Assembly (NCBI GenBank): GCA_018649885.1
Contig: JABIHA010000056.1
Coordinates: 1 to 64,000, forward strand
Direction: 5' to 3'
Length of the DNA: 64,000 bases
Source of the DNA: Bacteriovoracaceae bacterium
Lineage (GTDB): Bacteria > Bdellovibrionota > Bacteriovoracia > Bacteriovoracales > Bacteriovoracaceae
Below the pieces are notes generated by a model. The model saw only the letters and a program-made list of their open reading frames with translations. It was not told where the DNA came from and made no database searches. Position 1 is the stretch's first letter; each line of letters starts with the position of its first letter. Both the position numbers and the translations under genes were made by a program. Below are positions 1-8,917 of the stretch, piece after piece.

Positions 1-2
1 AA

Positions 3-86
3 TTAGGATTTATTGACGATATAGAATATAAATTCACATCGGGAGAAAGCCCCTTTAACTTCCGAGTAGTTAAGAAAAACACATAG
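3..86 (+). CDS. 3' end of an unidentified CDS truncated by the window edge (...LGFIDDIEYKFTSGESPFNFRVVKKNT*)
   Basis: Open frame from the window start to TAG at 84-86; too short to identify. Confidence 0.4.
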   Translation, partial: LGFIDDIEYKFTSGESPFNFRVVKKNT

Positions 87-260
87 TGTAAAGTATGTGT
101 CGCTAATAAATAGTAAAGTATGTCTCGGAAAGTTCATGAATGGACCGGACTTAGACGAACGTGATGAATTTGGAAAACTTACACCTTTTTAAAATTTATT
201 TTGGGAGGGCAAGGGCAACCGCCAACGGCAATAAAAAGGATAAGGTAGAAAAAAAGCAAA

Positions 261-291
261 AAAAAGAGGTGAATAAATTCACCTCCCTTTT
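261..291. terminator. Intrinsic terminator, likely bidirectional, downstream of the histone gene
   Basis: GAGGTGAA-TAAA-TTCACCTC stem with an A-run on the left (U-run on minus) and CCTTTT on the right. Confidence 0.75.
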
Positions 292-319
292 ATTTCATAG
301 AAAAATTATTTAAATAATC

Positions 320-607
320 TTATGCCATGAAGTCGTGAGCTCTAACAGTTTTTCTACCGTTAGCTTTTGCTCTACAAGCAGCTTGATCAATCAACCAGTA
401 TACCCACTGATTAATTCCTTCAAGAGCGTCCCCTGAAACATTAAGCTTATGTGACTTAAGAGCTTCTTTAGTTTTGCTTCCAACTAGAAGCATTTCTTTT
501 GATCTTCTAGTACTTGTTGCTTTTCTAGCAGAAGTAGTTGTTTTTCTAGTTGTTGTCTTTGCTGGTGTTCTTCTTTTAGTAGTAGTTGCTTTTCTTTTAG
601 TAGCCAT
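320..607 (-). CDS. Bacterial histone-fold protein (Bd0055/DUF1931-like) with basic N-terminal tail
   Basis: LLVGSKTKEALK...NVSGDALE...AACRAKANGRKTVRAHDF matches the prokaryotic histone fold (RKTV-x-x-x-D signature); AAGGAG SD upstream of the ATG at 607; terminator downstream. Confidence 0.88.
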   Translation of the reverse strand: MATKRKATTTKRRTPAKTTTRKTTTSARKATSTRRSKEMLLVGSKTKEALKSHKLNVSGDALEGINQWVYWLIDQAACRAKANGRKTVRAHDFMA

Positions 608-739
608 CTCGAAACTCCTTTTAATACCCCTAATTGAGGCTTTTATCGAAACACATTGTTTTTGTAATCAAAATATTAAATGCTACTCTTCTTTCACCTA
701 CAAGTGTTTTTTTGATCTTTTAGAAAAAAAAAGCGTTTT

Positions 740-1054
740 TTAGGCGTTTATAGGCCTAATAGTGATATTTCCCAGTATTTTGGCCCTGCATGTGAGTCTT
801 AAAGTCTGGGTTTTAAGCTCTGGATGTTTCTCATATACTGAATCTAAGGTGTTTTGTTCCACTGCACTTGCTTTTGAAATATTCTCAGCTCCCTCCAAAA
901 CTTCTACTTTGCATGAGCTGCAACTTCCTGCAAGGCATCCAGCGGGAAGCTTATAACCTTGATCTTCGACACCTTCCCAGATAACACTTCCCGAATTTAG
1001 CGAAAATTCTTTAGTAATTTCTCCAGATTGGCCTGCTAATGACACGATGGGCAT
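740..1054 (-). CDS. 2Fe-2S ferredoxin-type protein
   Basis: GCLAGSCSSC...RLTC (C-x4-C-x2-C...C) motif. Confidence 0.88.
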   Translation of the reverse strand: MPIVSLAGQSGEITKEFSLNSGSVIWEGVEDQGYKLPAGCLAGSCSSCKVEVLEGAENISKASAVEQNTLDSVYEKHPELKTQTLRLTCRAKILGNITIRPINA

Positions 1055-1203
1055 ATAGATTTTGTCTCTCTCGTTTTATAAGGATTTGAGCTATTTAATC
1101 AACTTCAATCCCTATTGGTTTAAGAATTCCTTTTATCATTTGGGCATAAGCGCAAAAGGTCAATTATTTTTAGCGCGCAAGTTACCTTCAGGAGAATAAG
1201 CCT

Positions 1204-2319
1204 ATGTTAAGTTTTGAAAAACTGTACTCTATGGGGCATGAACAAGTTGTCTTCCTTAGTGATCCGTCTTGTGGACTTAAAGCTATTATAGCCGTGCATA
1301 ACACTACACTAGGGCCCGCTCTTGGTGGAACTAGGATGTGGCAATACAAAAGTGAGGAAGATGCTTTAGAGGACGTTTTGAGACTTTCTAAAGGCATGAC
1401 TTACAAAGCTGCAATTTCTGGACTCAATTTGGGTGGTGGAAAAGCAGTTCTAATTGGTGATCCAGACAAAGATAAGTCTGAAGCTCTTTTTAGATCTTAC
1501 GGAAGATATCTTGAGTCTCTTAATGGCAGATATATTACGGCAGAAGACGTCAATATAGGTGTTGCAGATATCGAGCATATTTTTACTGAAACAAGGAATG
1601 TTGTCGGTGTGGCAAAAATCCACGGTGGTTCTGGTAACCCAGCTCCTTTTACGGCTCTTGGTGTATTTAGAGGAATTGAAGCTTGTTGCTACAAAGTTTT
1701 TGGAACAAGAAGCCTCAGTGGAAGAACTGTGGCATTGCAAGGTGTTGGCTCTGTTGGGCAAAACCTTATGAAGCTTCTGACTGATGGTGGAGCTAAGATC
1801 TTCTTTACTGATATTAGTGAAAAAAATATTCAAACTGTTAAAGAGAATTTTCCAGAAGCTGAATATGTTGGTCCTGATGAAATCTATGACGTTGATGCTG
1901 ACATTTACACTCCTTGTGCACTTGGTGCAACTATCAATGATGCCACTATTGGCCGATTGAAAGTTAAAATAGTAGCAGGGGCCGCTAACAACCAATTAAA
2001 AGAAGACCGTCACGGTGCTGAGCTGAAAAGTCGCAATGTTTTATACGCTCCCGATTATTTAATTAATGCTGGAGGCCTAATGAATGTTTCTATTGAATTT
2101 GAAGGGTGGAGTGAAAACAAGTCTCTTCGAATGGTAGATACAATTTACGATACAACTCTTAGGATTTTTCAACTCTCTGATGAACAAAATATTCCAGTTA
2201 ATCAGGCCACTGATATTCTCGCTGAGAGAAGAATTAATGAAATCAAAAATATCAAAACAAGTTACTTGGGCAATGTTTCCCATAGATTCCCAGGAAGAAA
2301 AACTAGACATAACCTTTAA
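1204..2319 (+). CDS. ldh: Leucine/valine dehydrogenase (Glu/Leu/Phe/Val DH family)
   Basis: GPALGGTR, GMTYK, GGGKAV, TAEDV, QGVGSVG, AGAANNQL motifs; AGGAG SD. Confidence 0.93.
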   Translation: MLSFEKLYSMGHEQVVFLSDPSCGLKAIIAVHNTTLGPALGGTRMWQYKSEEDALEDVLRLSKGMTYKAAISGLNLGGGKAVLIGDPDKDKSEALFRSYGRYLESLNGRYITAEDVNIGVADIEHIFTETRNVVGVAKIHGGSGNPAPFTALGVFRGIEACCYKVFGTRSLSGRTVALQGVGSVGQNLMKLLTDGGAKIFFTDISEKNIQTVKENFPEAEYVGPDEIYDVDADIYTPCALGATINDATIGRLKVKIVAGAANNQLKEDRHGAELKSRNVLYAPDYLINAGGLMNVSIEFEGWSENKSLRMVDTIYDTTLRIFQLSDEQNIPVNQATDILAERRINEIKNIKTSYLGNVSHRFPGRKTRHNL

Positions 2320-2350
2320 TTGAATTGTTAAAGGTTTTTTATTTTTTTTA

Positions 2351-2391
2351 TACCTGGAGACTTTTGAATAAAAGCTTCAGGTTTCCTTTTG
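2351..2391 (+). terminator. Probable intrinsic terminator after ldh
   Basis: ACCTGGAG...CTTCAGGT stem followed by TTCCTTTT. Confidence 0.5.
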
Positions 2392-2537
2392 ATACCCTAA
2401 TAATTTTACCTAAGTAGCTAATTCCCGACTTAATATGACCCCCAATTGGGAAAAATCTCTTCCATTGCCTAAAATCGACTCTGCACGTTAAAATTAATGA
2501 AAGTGAGGACCAGTAACTTGGTTATAGTTGATTAATT

Positions 2538-3722
2538 ATGTCAGTTAAACGAAAAGAAAAATTCATAAGTATCGTAGGGAGGATTGACCTCGGGGTGGCC
2601 TATACCCTTTTGAAGGTCTTTCTTGTGACGCTTTTGTGTTACGTGTTTACTCAAAGGGCACAGGCCCTCATTGGGTATGAAGATGCAATTTTTCCAGAAC
2701 CCATAGCCTCTGCAAGAGCACTGGCCATCGGGAATGCTTACGTTGCTGGTGCCAATGATTCAAATGCTGTGTATTACAACCCTGCTGGACTTGGTTCAGT
2801 GAAATGGTTTCACCTCCATCTAGAAAATTTTGCTTTTGAGGTAAATAAGAATTTGGGTAGGATGGGCGCAGGTGGAAATCTTCGAAATGCCAGTTCAAAT
2901 TTTTCCAGGATCACAAATATGGAGGGGATTAGGCAGGTCCTTTCAGTTAATCGAGATACAATTTATCACAGTAGATATCAATTCTTTCCCAATATAACCT
3001 CCAGGTTTTTTAGCCTTGGATATATGTATTCTAAAAAAACCAGAGCAATTATTGGGAAAGATCCCCCCGATGGAACTAAGGCACAATTTGAATATGCAGG
3101 GAGAACTGATCACGGTCCGGTTGCAGCAATAAATCTATCCGTAATGGGTGGTATTTTTAAATTAGGCGCCTCAGCGACTCTTCTCAATAGATCTGAGGTG
3201 AAAGGTGAGCAAGACTATGATGTTTCATTTGAAAAGACGGAGGAGAATTCATATAAGGGTGTAAGTCTTTATGGTGTTATCGGATCCAAGCTAACTCTTC
3301 CCGTTAGATTTCTTCCTACCTTTGCAGGGAAAATGAATAATGCTTTTAGACAAAGGTTCAGAAAAACTGGCGGAATTGATTCTCCTGACTATATTAAGCC
3401 TTCAGTAGATGTAGGTTTTTCAATTACTCCCCAAATAGGAAAAACATCTAGAATTCACTTAGAGGTAAATTACCGAGACATGTACCTAGAACATAAAGAT
3501 GTGGCTTCATCTAGAAGAATTGGTTTTGGTATGGAAATTGATTTGGCCAGAAGGTTTCACATAAGAGGTGGTTACGCCGATGGCTTTGGATCCGGTGGCA
3601 TTGGAATCAAAACTAAACCACTAGAAGTGGATATTACATCTTACTCAGTAGATCTAACCAACGACAGATACAAAGGCAAAGAGGATAGACGTTTCATGTT
3701 CTCCCTCTCCGCCGGAATTTAA
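2538..3722 (+). CDS. Outer-membrane beta-barrel protein (PorV/TraF/FadL-like)
   Basis: Signal peptide, ARALAIGNAYVA...AVYYNPAGL N-terminal plug motif, amphipathic strands, C-terminal FMFSLSAGI; start codon uncertain. Confidence 0.7.
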   Translation: MSVKRKEKFISIVGRIDLGVAYTLLKVFLVTLLCYVFTQRAQALIGYEDAIFPEPIASARALAIGNAYVAGANDSNAVYYNPAGLGSVKWFHLHLENFAFEVNKNLGRMGAGGNLRNASSNFSRITNMEGIRQVLSVNRDTIYHSRYQFFPNITSRFFSLGYMYSKKTRAIIGKDPPDGTKAQFEYAGRTDHGPVAAINLSVMGGIFKLGASATLLNRSEVKGEQDYDVSFEKTEENSYKGVSLYGVIGSKLTLPVRFLPTFAGKMNNAFRQRFRKTGGIDSPDYIKPSVDVGFSITPQIGKTSRIHLEVNYRDMYLEHKDVASSRRIGFGMEIDLARRFHIRGGYADGFGSGGIGIKTKPLEVDITSYSVDLTNDRYKGKEDRRFMFSLSAGI

Positions 3723-3740
3723 TATCAACTGCAAAAATTC

Positions 3741-4406
3741 TTAATGAAAAATCATTTTGAAAACGGCTAGGACATTTTTATTGGTGTGCTTGACAGCTTT
3801 TTTCATGAACTTGTCCATGCTTGGGATGACAAAATTAGATTGATGTATGATTAGGGCACCGCTTTTGTCTCTGTAGAGTTTGATCGTACCTTTTCTTAAT
3901 TTTATTCCTACAGCTCCATTGTAATCAGCTTCGCCTGGAATTTTATAATGTCCCTTGATGTCGACCTCGTAGTTGTAAGTTTTGAGAGCACCATCTTTTG
4001 ATTTAACTTCTTTGTATCTTTCAACCTCTATGACTTTAACTTTATTAACAGGCCAAGGTGCTTTTACAGTAATATGTGAATAGTGAAGGATGGCATCCTT
4101 ATCTATGGCCTTCTTTGATACGAGTCCAAAAGACTTATTAAATTGAAGACCTTTTACACTGTCTGACCAAGTATCCCAGTCATCAAAATTAAAATAACGA
4201 GCGCCTACATCACTGGTGTTTACGTAGATGTGTGAATCTAGCTTTCCCCAGAGATCAGTTTGTACTGTTTTTGTTCCAGATAGTTTTACAAGTTTAGAAA
4301 CAGCGCACACACTACTTCCTTTTGAAAAACAATCTTTAGGTACGCTTAATGCAAATGCTGACGCATTCCATAGACACAAGATACATAATATCCCAAGTTT
4401 TCTCAT
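3741..4406 (-). CDS. Secreted hypothetical protein, possibly START/SRPBCC-like
   Basis: Signal peptide (ASAFA); VKAPWPV resembles the START-domain PWP motif. Confidence 0.55.
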   Translation of the reverse strand: MRKLGILCILCLWNASAFALSVPKDCFSKGSSVCAVSKLVKLSGTKTVQTDLWGKLDSHIYVNTSDVGARYFNFDDWDTWSDSVKGLQFNKSFGLVSKKAIDKDAILHYSHITVKAPWPVNKVKVIEVERYKEVKSKDGALKTYNYEVDIKGHYKIPGEADYNGAVGIKLRKGTIKLYRDKSGALIIHQSNFVIPSMDKFMKKAVKHTNKNVLAVFKMIFH

Positions 4407-4636
4407 TGAATTTCCCCTTCTCTTCCATGGTTACAAAGTCCTAGTATCCGATGAGAGAAAGGCGGTGGGCAAGACGAATTGAACATTTTTCATAAAAAAA
4501 CGGTCGCAACGCCCTGCGTACAGTAGGCACTACGCTTCTTTTTTGATAGGTCTCTATCTTATTCTCGGTATTTAGAATTTTGAGGGTTCAAATCTCTCAC
4601 AAGTATGTACTTGAAACAAACCATTAGGAGTTATCA

Positions 4637-7345
4637 ATGTCACAAGCAGAGTCTTTGCGCCAAAACCCTTACAGCCAATTTTTAGATTCATTAGAAAAAC
4701 CAGCTAGGTATATTGGTGGAGAGCAAGATGAAATACAAAAGCAGTGGGACTCAACTAAGAGTAAAATTGCACTTTGTTTTCCTGATGTTTATGAAATCGG
4801 TATGAGCCATCTTGGTTTTAAGATTTTATATCAAGAGCTAAATGAATCTGAAGATGTATTAGCAGAAAGAGTTTTTGCTCCTTGGCCTGACTTAGAAAAA
4901 CAAATTAGAGAAAGAGAACTTCCACTGGTTAGCTTGGAGAGTTTTAGAGCGCTTCATGAATTCGATATTTTGGGTTTTTCACTTCAGTATGAAATGACCT
5001 ATACCAATATACTCAATATGCTAGAACTTGGAGGAGTAGCACTCTTTCAAAAAAATAGAACTGAAAATGATCCCTTTGTCATTTGTGGTGGGCCATGTGC
5101 AACTCACCCTGAACCAATTGCCGATTTTATGGACATGGTGGTTATTGGTGACGGTGAAGACCTATTTTTGAAGCTAGCAAAATTTATCTCTGACAGTAGA
5201 CTGGCCGGTAAAAATAGAAATGAAATCTTGAAATTAGTTTCAACCTGGAAAGGAATTTATGTTCCCTCACTATATGAAACTGAGATTGATGAGATGAGCG
5301 GTCTTGAAGTCGTTAGTGGTGAAAAACAAACGGAGAGATTTTTTATTGAATCTCTTAAAGATAGAGCGATACCTACAAGATCTCCGGTACCCCACTTAAC
5401 AGCTATTTTTGATAGATTTTCTGTTGAGTTATCTAGGGGATGCACAGAGGGTTGCCGGTTTTGCCAAGCTGGCATGATATATAGGCCAGTAAGAGAGAGA
5501 AGACCTGAAAAAGTTATCGACGCCGTAATGGAAGGAATGAAAAGAGGAGGCTTTGATGAAGCGTCTCTAACGTGTCTCTCTACAGCTGATTATTCTGCAG
5601 TTACTCCGCTGATCGTAAATCTTTTAGATAAAATGTCAGAAAAGAAAGCGAAACTTGGGATTAGCTCTCTTCGGGCCTATGGTCTTGATGAGAGAGTTTT
5701 CGAAAAATTAGCTGAAGTTAAAAATACCTCTCTTACCTTTGCTCCAGAAGCAGGCACGGAAAGAATGCGAAAGGTAATTAATAAAAATATTTCTGAAGAA
5801 GATTTGATGAAAACCACTGAGAATATATTTTCTCGTGGTTGGCAGAAAATGAAATTGTACTTCATGATTGGTTTGCCGACAGAGACCATGGATGACGTTG
5901 AAGGAATTATGCTAACCGGAAAAAAAGTTAGATCAACTGCCAGGTTTAAGTGTGGAGTAAAGAATCCACAAATAACAATTTCAGTTTCTACATTTGTTCC
6001 AAAGCCACACACTCCTTTTCAGTGGTCGGCAATGATTCCTCAAGAAGAGATAGTGGCAAAACAAAATAAACTGTGGGGTCTTGCAAAAGATCATAGGCTT
6101 AATTTCAGGAGGCATTTTTCAAAAGCTTCGATCATGGAAGGAGTTATTGCTAGAGGTGATAGAAGAGTAGGGCGAGTTATTTACCGCGCTTTTAAAAAGG
6201 GAGCTCGCTTTGATGGATGGGATGAAGGTTTTAAATATGACTTATGGATGGAGGCAGTCGCTGAAGAGGGGCTAGATATTCAGACATACCTTGGCACCCT
6301 TCCCATTAAAGGAAGATTACCATGGGATCATATTGATGTTGGGATTACTAAAAGGTTTTTAGAAATAGAATGGAAGAGAGCTGTAAAAGATCGTCTTTCT
6401 CCTCCATGTGGCAAAATCAATAAAATGTTAGTTCATCACACAAACCTCGAAGAGCTAGAAAAAGACTTTGGTATAGATAAGAAAAAGCTTGTCTGCTACC
6501 ACTGTGGAATAAAATGCGATTTGAAAGGCATGGTTGATGAAAGAAAGGAATATTTAGGAGAATTAGGAGCCAATAGCACTTCTTCTTTAGATACAGTAAA
6601 GAAAGAAGTTTCAGAAGAAGAAGTTATGGTAGCTCATAATGGTGTTAATGATAGTTGTATAAAATACAGGATTAACTTCTCTAAAATTGGATCGATCAGT
6701 TTTATTTCTCATCTAGATCTGCAAAAAGTCATGGCCAGAATTTTTAGAAGGGCAAATATAGAGGTCTCAAAAAGTAATGGGTTTAATAAACGACCACTTA
6801 TTTCTTTTGGACCTGCACTTACGCTCGGAGTTTCCTCACTATCAGAATTTTTTGATGTAAGGGTGCCTGAGCATTGGGGGAATCTTGATGATGTGCTAGG
6901 TAACCTACAACTTCACTCTGAGAAAGGGATTATTTTTAGAAGTATTAATGAAATTGATCTTAGAGCGCCTTCAATTCAAGAAATAGCCAAGGCCTATAAA
7001 TATTTTATCCCAATTGAGGGTGATATTGACCTGGATGAAGCTCTAGAAACGGTGATGAATCAAAATGAGATTATAATCAGCAGCTTTCATGCAAAGAAGA
7101 AAAAGCAAATTGAAAAAGACATAAGGCCCAGAATTGAGAGCTTGCAGGTGGGGGTCGTTGATTTAGACAAAGATACAATGACACTGATAGATGAGGTTTC
7201 ACCCATTATCGGAGAGAGAGGGTTCATGGCCTTGACTAAAGTTTTTGATGGAAGTTCAATAAAACCAATAGACCTAGTAAAAGGCTTAGGACAATTGGGA
7301 ATAAAAGCGAAAAAACCTATAAAACTTGAAGTAGTCTTACACTGA
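4637..7345 (+). CDS. TIGR03960-type radical SAM protein fused to a C-terminal TIGR03936/DUF2344 domain
   Basis: KPARYIGGE, FPDVYEIGMSHLG, RGCTEGCRFCQAG (CxxxCxxC), then FISHLDL...FGPAL domain; AGGAG SD. Confidence 0.92.
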   Translation: MSQAESLRQNPYSQFLDSLEKPARYIGGEQDEIQKQWDSTKSKIALCFPDVYEIGMSHLGFKILYQELNESEDVLAERVFAPWPDLEKQIRERELPLVSLESFRALHEFDILGFSLQYEMTYTNILNMLELGGVALFQKNRTENDPFVICGGPCATHPEPIADFMDMVVIGDGEDLFLKLAKFISDSRLAGKNRNEILKLVSTWKGIYVPSLYETEIDEMSGLEVVSGEKQTERFFIESLKDRAIPTRSPVPHLTAIFDRFSVELSRGCTEGCRFCQAGMIYRPVRERRPEKVIDAVMEGMKRGGFDEASLTCLSTADYSAVTPLIVNLLDKMSEKKAKLGISSLRAYGLDERVFEKLAEVKNTSLTFAPEAGTERMRKVINKNISEEDLMKTTENIFSRGWQKMKLYFMIGLPTETMDDVEGIMLTGKKVRSTARFKCGVKNPQITISVSTFVPKPHTPFQWSAMIPQEEIVAKQNKLWGLAKDHRLNFRRHFSKASIMEGVIARGDRRVGRVIYRAFKKGARFDGWDEGFKYDLWMEAVAEEGLDIQTYLGTLPIKGRLPWDHIDVGITKRFLEIEWKRAVKDRLSPPCGKINKMLVHHTNLEELEKDFGIDKKKLVCYHCGIKCDLKGMVDERKEYLGELGANSTSSLDTVKKEVSEEEVMVAHNGVNDSCIKYRINFSKIGSISFISHLDLQKVMARIFRRANIEVSKSNGFNKRPLISFGPALTLGVSSLSEFFDVRVPEHWGNLDDVLGNLQLHSEKGIIFRSINEIDLRAPSIQEIAKAYKYFIPIEGDIDLDEALETVMNQNEIIISSFHAKKKKQIEKDIRPRIESLQVGVVDLDKDTMTLIDEVSPIIGERGFMALTKVFDGSSIKPIDLVKGLGQLGIKAKKPIKLEVVLH

Positions 7346-7506
7346 TCACAGTTTAGTTTTCACGTGATCTTTATTCCAGCTTGGCGGCATATTTGATGCC
7401 AAAACTCTTCAACTTGCCACAGGGCTTGCCTTCAGAGCTTTGGCATCAAATCTACCACCAATCTGAAATAAATCTTCACATGAAAACTAAACTGCAACCA
7501 GTATAA
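7337..7506 (-). repeat. 170-bp imperfect palindrome (MITE/ERIC-like element or structured RNA)
   Basis: Nested inverted arms TACACTGATCACAGTTTAGTTTTCACGTGA...TCACATGAAAACTAAACTGCAACCAGTATA and ATTTGATGCCAAAACTCT...AGAGCTTTGGCATCAAAT. Confidence 0.85.
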
Positions 7507-7581
7507 AATAAATTAATAGGCGTTCCCAAAACAAGGACTTATGCCTATAATTTTAAAAAATCAATTTTAAAGGGGATACGG

Positions 7582-8823
7582 ATGTCTCAAGCTAATTCAA
7601 ATAAAACTGCAATGTATATTGGTATTGCAATGTTTCTAGGCTTCGCAATAGGCTTAGCTCTTCATTTTTCTGGAAATGCTCATATTACGGCCTACGTAAA
7701 ACCCATAGGGACTATGTTTATTAGGGCCCTTAAAATGATTATTGTACCCCTGGTTTTTTCATCTATATTTATGGCGATTCTAAGTTTGGGCACACCTGAA
7801 AAGCTTGGCTCAATGGGGATTAAGGCCCTTGGTTACTACTTCATAACCACAGCAGTTGCGGTTTTGATTGGGCTCATTTTAGTGAATCTCTTTGAGCCTG
7901 GTAACTCTGTTAATATCGCTTCCCTTGGAAGCACAGAACTACCAGCTCATTTAAGTACCAAATTAAATAATCAGCAAGGCCTTTATGGTACGATTATGGG
8001 AGTAATAACTACGGCCATTCCCATAAATCCTTTTCATGCCATGGCCAATACCAAGATTCTTCAAGTTATTGTCTTTGCCATACTATTTGGATTGGTGGCC
8101 CTTTTCTATAGAGAAGACTCAGCCCCTTTTGTCAGCTTTACAAAATCTTTGGAATCCATGTCTTTGACACTAACCCACTGGATAATGAAGCTGGCTCCAT
8201 TTGGCATATTTATCTTAATGTTAGAAGTGGTTGCCAACACAGGCTTTGATTCCGTAAAGGCACTTTCAAAGTATATGTTTGTGGTAATTCTTGGCCTGTC
8301 CCTTCATTTTGTTTTCCTGGTTCTTGTTGCCAGTTTTAAATCTAAAAAAAGTCCGATTTTCATCATAAAGGGAATTTTCCCTGCACTAATGACTGCTTTT
8401 TCCACTTCATCTTCAGCTGCAACACTGCCGCTGACAATGTCATGTGTTGAAGACAATTTAGGGGTTCACAAGAATACTGCAGAATTTGTGCTGCCTTTAG
8501 GTGCGACAATTAACATGGATGGCACTGCGTTATACGAGTCAGTGGCGGTTATCTTTATTGCTCAAGCTTCGGGAATCCCCCTGACAATGGGTAGCCAAGT
8601 AGTGATTTTCCTAACAGCATCTCTAGCAGCTGTTGGAGCTGCTGCGATTCCTGGTGCAGGACTCGTGACCATGAGTATCGTTTTGACGGCGGTTGGCCTT
8701 CCTATTGAGGGAATTGGATTGATCCTGGCAGTTGACCGTATTCTCGATATGTTTAGAACTACAGTCAATGTCTTCGGCGATTGCTGTGGGACCTTGGTAG
8801 TTGACAGCATGGTAGAGCACTAG
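7582..8823 (+). CDS. Dicarboxylate/amino acid:cation symporter (DAACS, GltP/GltT family)
   Basis: AFSTSSSAATLP, PLGATINMDGTALY, AVDRILDMFRTTVNV motifs. Confidence 0.93.
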   Translation: MSQANSNKTAMYIGIAMFLGFAIGLALHFSGNAHITAYVKPIGTMFIRALKMIIVPLVFSSIFMAILSLGTPEKLGSMGIKALGYYFITTAVAVLIGLILVNLFEPGNSVNIASLGSTELPAHLSTKLNNQQGLYGTIMGVITTAIPINPFHAMANTKILQVIVFAILFGLVALFYREDSAPFVSFTKSLESMSLTLTHWIMKLAPFGIFILMLEVVANTGFDSVKALSKYMFVVILGLSLHFVFLVLVASFKSKKSPIFIIKGIFPALMTAFSTSSSAATLPLTMSCVEDNLGVHKNTAEFVLPLGATINMDGTALYESVAVIFIAQASGIPLTMGSQVVIFLTASLAAVGAAAIPGAGLVTMSIVLTAVGLPIEGIGLILAVDRILDMFRTTVNVFGDCCGTLVVDSMVEH

Positions 8824-8917
8824 AGATTCTACGCAGCAGTATCGTGGACATTTAGCGCTCATTTATATAGGATACCGGTCTTGTTCTTTCTATTTTCAAA
8901 CAGTTAAAGGGTAGACC

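Noticed and set aside
89..127. Short direct repeat TAAAGTATGT(G/C)TCG x2
   Set aside because: Only two copies at the window edge; no supportable function
474..743. Hydrophobic 89-aa plus-strand ORF
   Set aside because: Antisense shadow of the K/T/R-rich histone tail; no SD
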